A stretch of 24,475 nt of DNA from Zootoca vivipara (Eukaryota), in assembly GCF_963506605.1 (NCBI RefSeq). It is one part of the record NC_083288.1 of this genome. One strand, written 5' to 3'. Below, one piece after another: positions 22,494 through 24,475 of this stretch (positions within the stretch are counted from its first letter, which is position 1; every line of letters begins with the position of its first letter). A program made the position numbers and the translations under genes. The notes under the pieces were generated by a model. The model was not told the DNA's origin. It did no database searches and worked only from the letters and a program-made list of their open reading frames with translations.

Positions 22494-23508
22494 CCACTGC
22501 ATGCGCGGCTGTAACACCCTTCGTCTGTAACCGCTGAACCGAATTGCATCAAATTAGGACAAAGCGTACCTTGCCCACCAGGGAGGGATCTGGCATAAAA
22601 ATATTTCCAAAAACACACACCTTTCATACCTAAAATAATGATTAAACACAAAAAGTGGCGCCCAAATTACACATCACCAGCAGAAGCTCTGAAGACTCCA
22701 GCAGCATCCAAAAGAAAGGCAGATTGCGCGCTGTCACCAGGAAAAGCTTTGAAGGGTGACGCCAAACAATGACGTCATCAACCGAGCAACTGAAACCACC
22801 AAGGCGGCCATTACCAGACAACCCACAGAGTCAGGCTGGGCCAAGGAATGGAGATACAGGGTGGAGGCCTCGGCTCACATTTAAATACTAGCCCAAGCCA
22901 AGATCAACAAACTAGGCCTCGCCTCTACTTTAAAGCCTACAGACTAGGCCTCAGCTCTACTTTACAGCCTACAGACTAGGCCTCGGCTCCACTTTACAGA
23001 CTAGGCCTCAGCTCTACAGCCTACAAACTAGGCCTCTACTCTACTTTAAATACTATCCCGAGTGGAGCCCTGGGTGGGGGGTGGGGGTGGGAAAGGCCCG
23101 AATAGGTCATGGGTTGACGTAGGGTGGGGGGAGCCACAGGGTGGGGGAAGGGGGACGGGATACCTCATGGGTTGCTACAGCATGGGAGTAATCACAGGGA
23201 TGAGACACAACAATGGGGGGGGAGAGGAAAAAAGCACATAGTCCAGGGGGGAACGGACACATCCTCCCCCTTTCCTGGGAAACAAGGCCCCTGAGTCATG
23301 CACAGCAAAAAATCAAAAGAAAACAAAAATAATTAAAACAACAAATCCAAGGACAACGTTCAAACAATCCGGAAAAGCATATTACATCAAAACACTAACC
23401 AAAAACAAGTTATGCAACTATTACCATTCAAAACACAAATGACATCAATACCCCCCCCCCATAAAAAAACACAAAAAACCCACAGCAACGTGTGGCCGGG
23501 TCAGCTAG
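22447..23508 (+). mobile_element. Non-autonomous Helitron, both ends present
   Basis: 5' TC followed by (TA)21. 3' stem-loop ccacagcaacgtgtgg then CTAG (23505-08) followed by T. No TSD, as expected for rolling-circle elements. Confidence 0.82.
22911..23055. repeat. 25-32 bp minisatellite within the Helitron
   Basis: Units starting actaggcctc at 22911, 22943, 22975, 23000 and 23027. Confidence 0.9.
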
Positions 23509-23647
23509 TAATCAATAAAGTTGTGGCGTAAATTCTGCCAAAAACCAAACCAAAATTTGAGTCTTTCTTGTCTGAATTTATTTTGGGGTGGTGGTGGTTA
23601 AAAGGCCTACGCACGCAAATACATGGTGGAAAAAGTGAATAAGAAGT

Positions 23648-23790
23648 TTCTTTCCTCTCTTGATTGTATAACCCAGGCTCATCCAATGGAGCTGAAAAGC
23701 AAGTACTTCTTTATATTGTACATTTTGAACAATAGACTTTGTTGTCACAAGGGATTGTCAATGGCTTGGATGAAGGCCAATCCAAACTGG
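23648..23790 (+). repeat. Paralogous V2R 3'-flank segment (segmental-duplication homology resumes)
   Basis: tataacccaggctcatccaat.gagctgaaaag.aagtactt...ttttgaacaatag...caagggattgtcaatg matches 2077-2185. Confidence 0.9.
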
Positions 23791-24003
23791 GTCATGCAAA
23801 TATTGGGCCAAGTGGAGTTAAGACATGCACAGATCGTCCCATTTTGGGGTGGGCCATGCAGAGTGATCCGGAGTTTTCAGGGGTTGAGTGGTGGGTGGCA
23901 AGGCTGCCAGGTTCTAATACACCGCCATGTCCCCTGCAGAAACCTCTGCTCAGCAGCTGGTTAGGGGAGGGTTTGATCCTGCTGGTTTCAGGGTGCTCCT
24001 ATG

Positions 24004-24417
24004 CATAGCTGCCAAGTCTCCCATATTCCCTGGGAAACCCCCGTTTTTCCAGTTGTTTCCCACTGGCAGCCCAGATTTTTAAAAACCCCGTAAATCCCCC
24101 GGATTCTTACCGCCCCGGGGAGGCTCCTTCTGCACATGTCTGGAGTCTCTGGACATGCGCATAAGTGATTTATGGCGCTGTGGCCATTTTGGAAATGGGC
24201 AGAGCATGCGTAGAAGCGACTTCCGGTGGTGCTCTGCCCAGTTCCAAAATGGCCACAGCACGACTTCCAGTGCTGCAGCCATTTTGGAAATGGGCAGAGC
24301 ATGCGTAGAAGCAACTTCCGGTGCTGCTCTGCCCAGTTCCAAAATGGCCGCAGCACGACCCCCGGTGCCGTGCTGCTGCCGATCCCGGATTTTTCAATCT
24401 GGGAGTTGGCACCTATG
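24004..24417. mobile_element. hAT MITE with an internal tandem pair of hairpin units
   Basis: TIRs catagctgccaa / ttggcacctatg. Perfect 8-bp TSD ctcctatg (23996-24003, 24418-25). 95-bp-period repeats starting at 24183 and 24278. Confidence 0.92.
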
Positions 24418-24475
24418 CTCCTATGCAAGCAGCACACATCAGGATTCAATTCCTGTTCTCAGTTGGGAGTGGCGG

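Larger units (their letters stand above)
21835..23620 (+). mobile_element. DIRS/Ngaro-like (or LTR-like) non-coding repeat, split by a Helitron
   Basis: GC-rich non-coding block with TATA-like tatttaa. Its end rejoins across the Helitron as cacttgattg|taatcaataaagttgtggc, a poly(A)-signal context I recognise from squamate DIRS-type terminal repeats. Family and boundaries uncertain. Confidence 0.45.

Noticed and set aside
21356-22514. 181-aa and 154-aa + strand ORFs downstream of the OR fragment
   Set aside because: Only a short TM5-like piece is OR-derived; the rest runs through non-coding repeat DNA and the (TA)n tract.
22911-23055. Regularly spaced repeats superficially like a CRISPR array
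   Set aside because: The units are degenerate tandem copies without unique spacers, and the context is a vertebrate Helitron with no cas genes.
23988-24449. Repetitive minus-strand ORFs of 80-153 aa
   Set aside because: They arise from the GC-rich internal repeats of the hAT MITE.

Overview
Eukaryotic genomic DNA from a squamate reptile; the repeat repertoire is lizard-like, possibly lacertid (inference). The window lies inside a tandem cluster of vomeronasal type-2 receptor (V2R, class C GPCR) genes on the + strand. It holds the last (7TM) exon of one V2R gene (471-1366) and a complete, apparently intact six-exon V2R gene, join(4602-4819,10253-10544,11703-12563,13326-13553,14117-14243,15010-15911), 2628 nt = 875 aa + stop, with all introns GT-AG and phase-compatible. 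Downstream lies an internally deleted olfactory-receptor pseudogene (21198-21683). The rest is densely packed, often nested, transposable elements: an internally deleted L1 that keeps both termini and carries a BovB insert, a short L1-like derivative, CR1 and L2 fragments, a young L2, Tc1/mariner-pogo and hAT MITEs, two Helitrons, a DIRS/Ngaro-like repeat and a possible solo LTR. The two V2R paralogs and their flanks can be aligned by eye. This shows filled versus empty TE sites, a ~6.4 kb indel containing the OR pseudogene, and a homology breakpoint in intron 5. I see no convincing wholly new biological system. The best leads concern chemoreceptor cluster evolution and non-autonomous retroelements.
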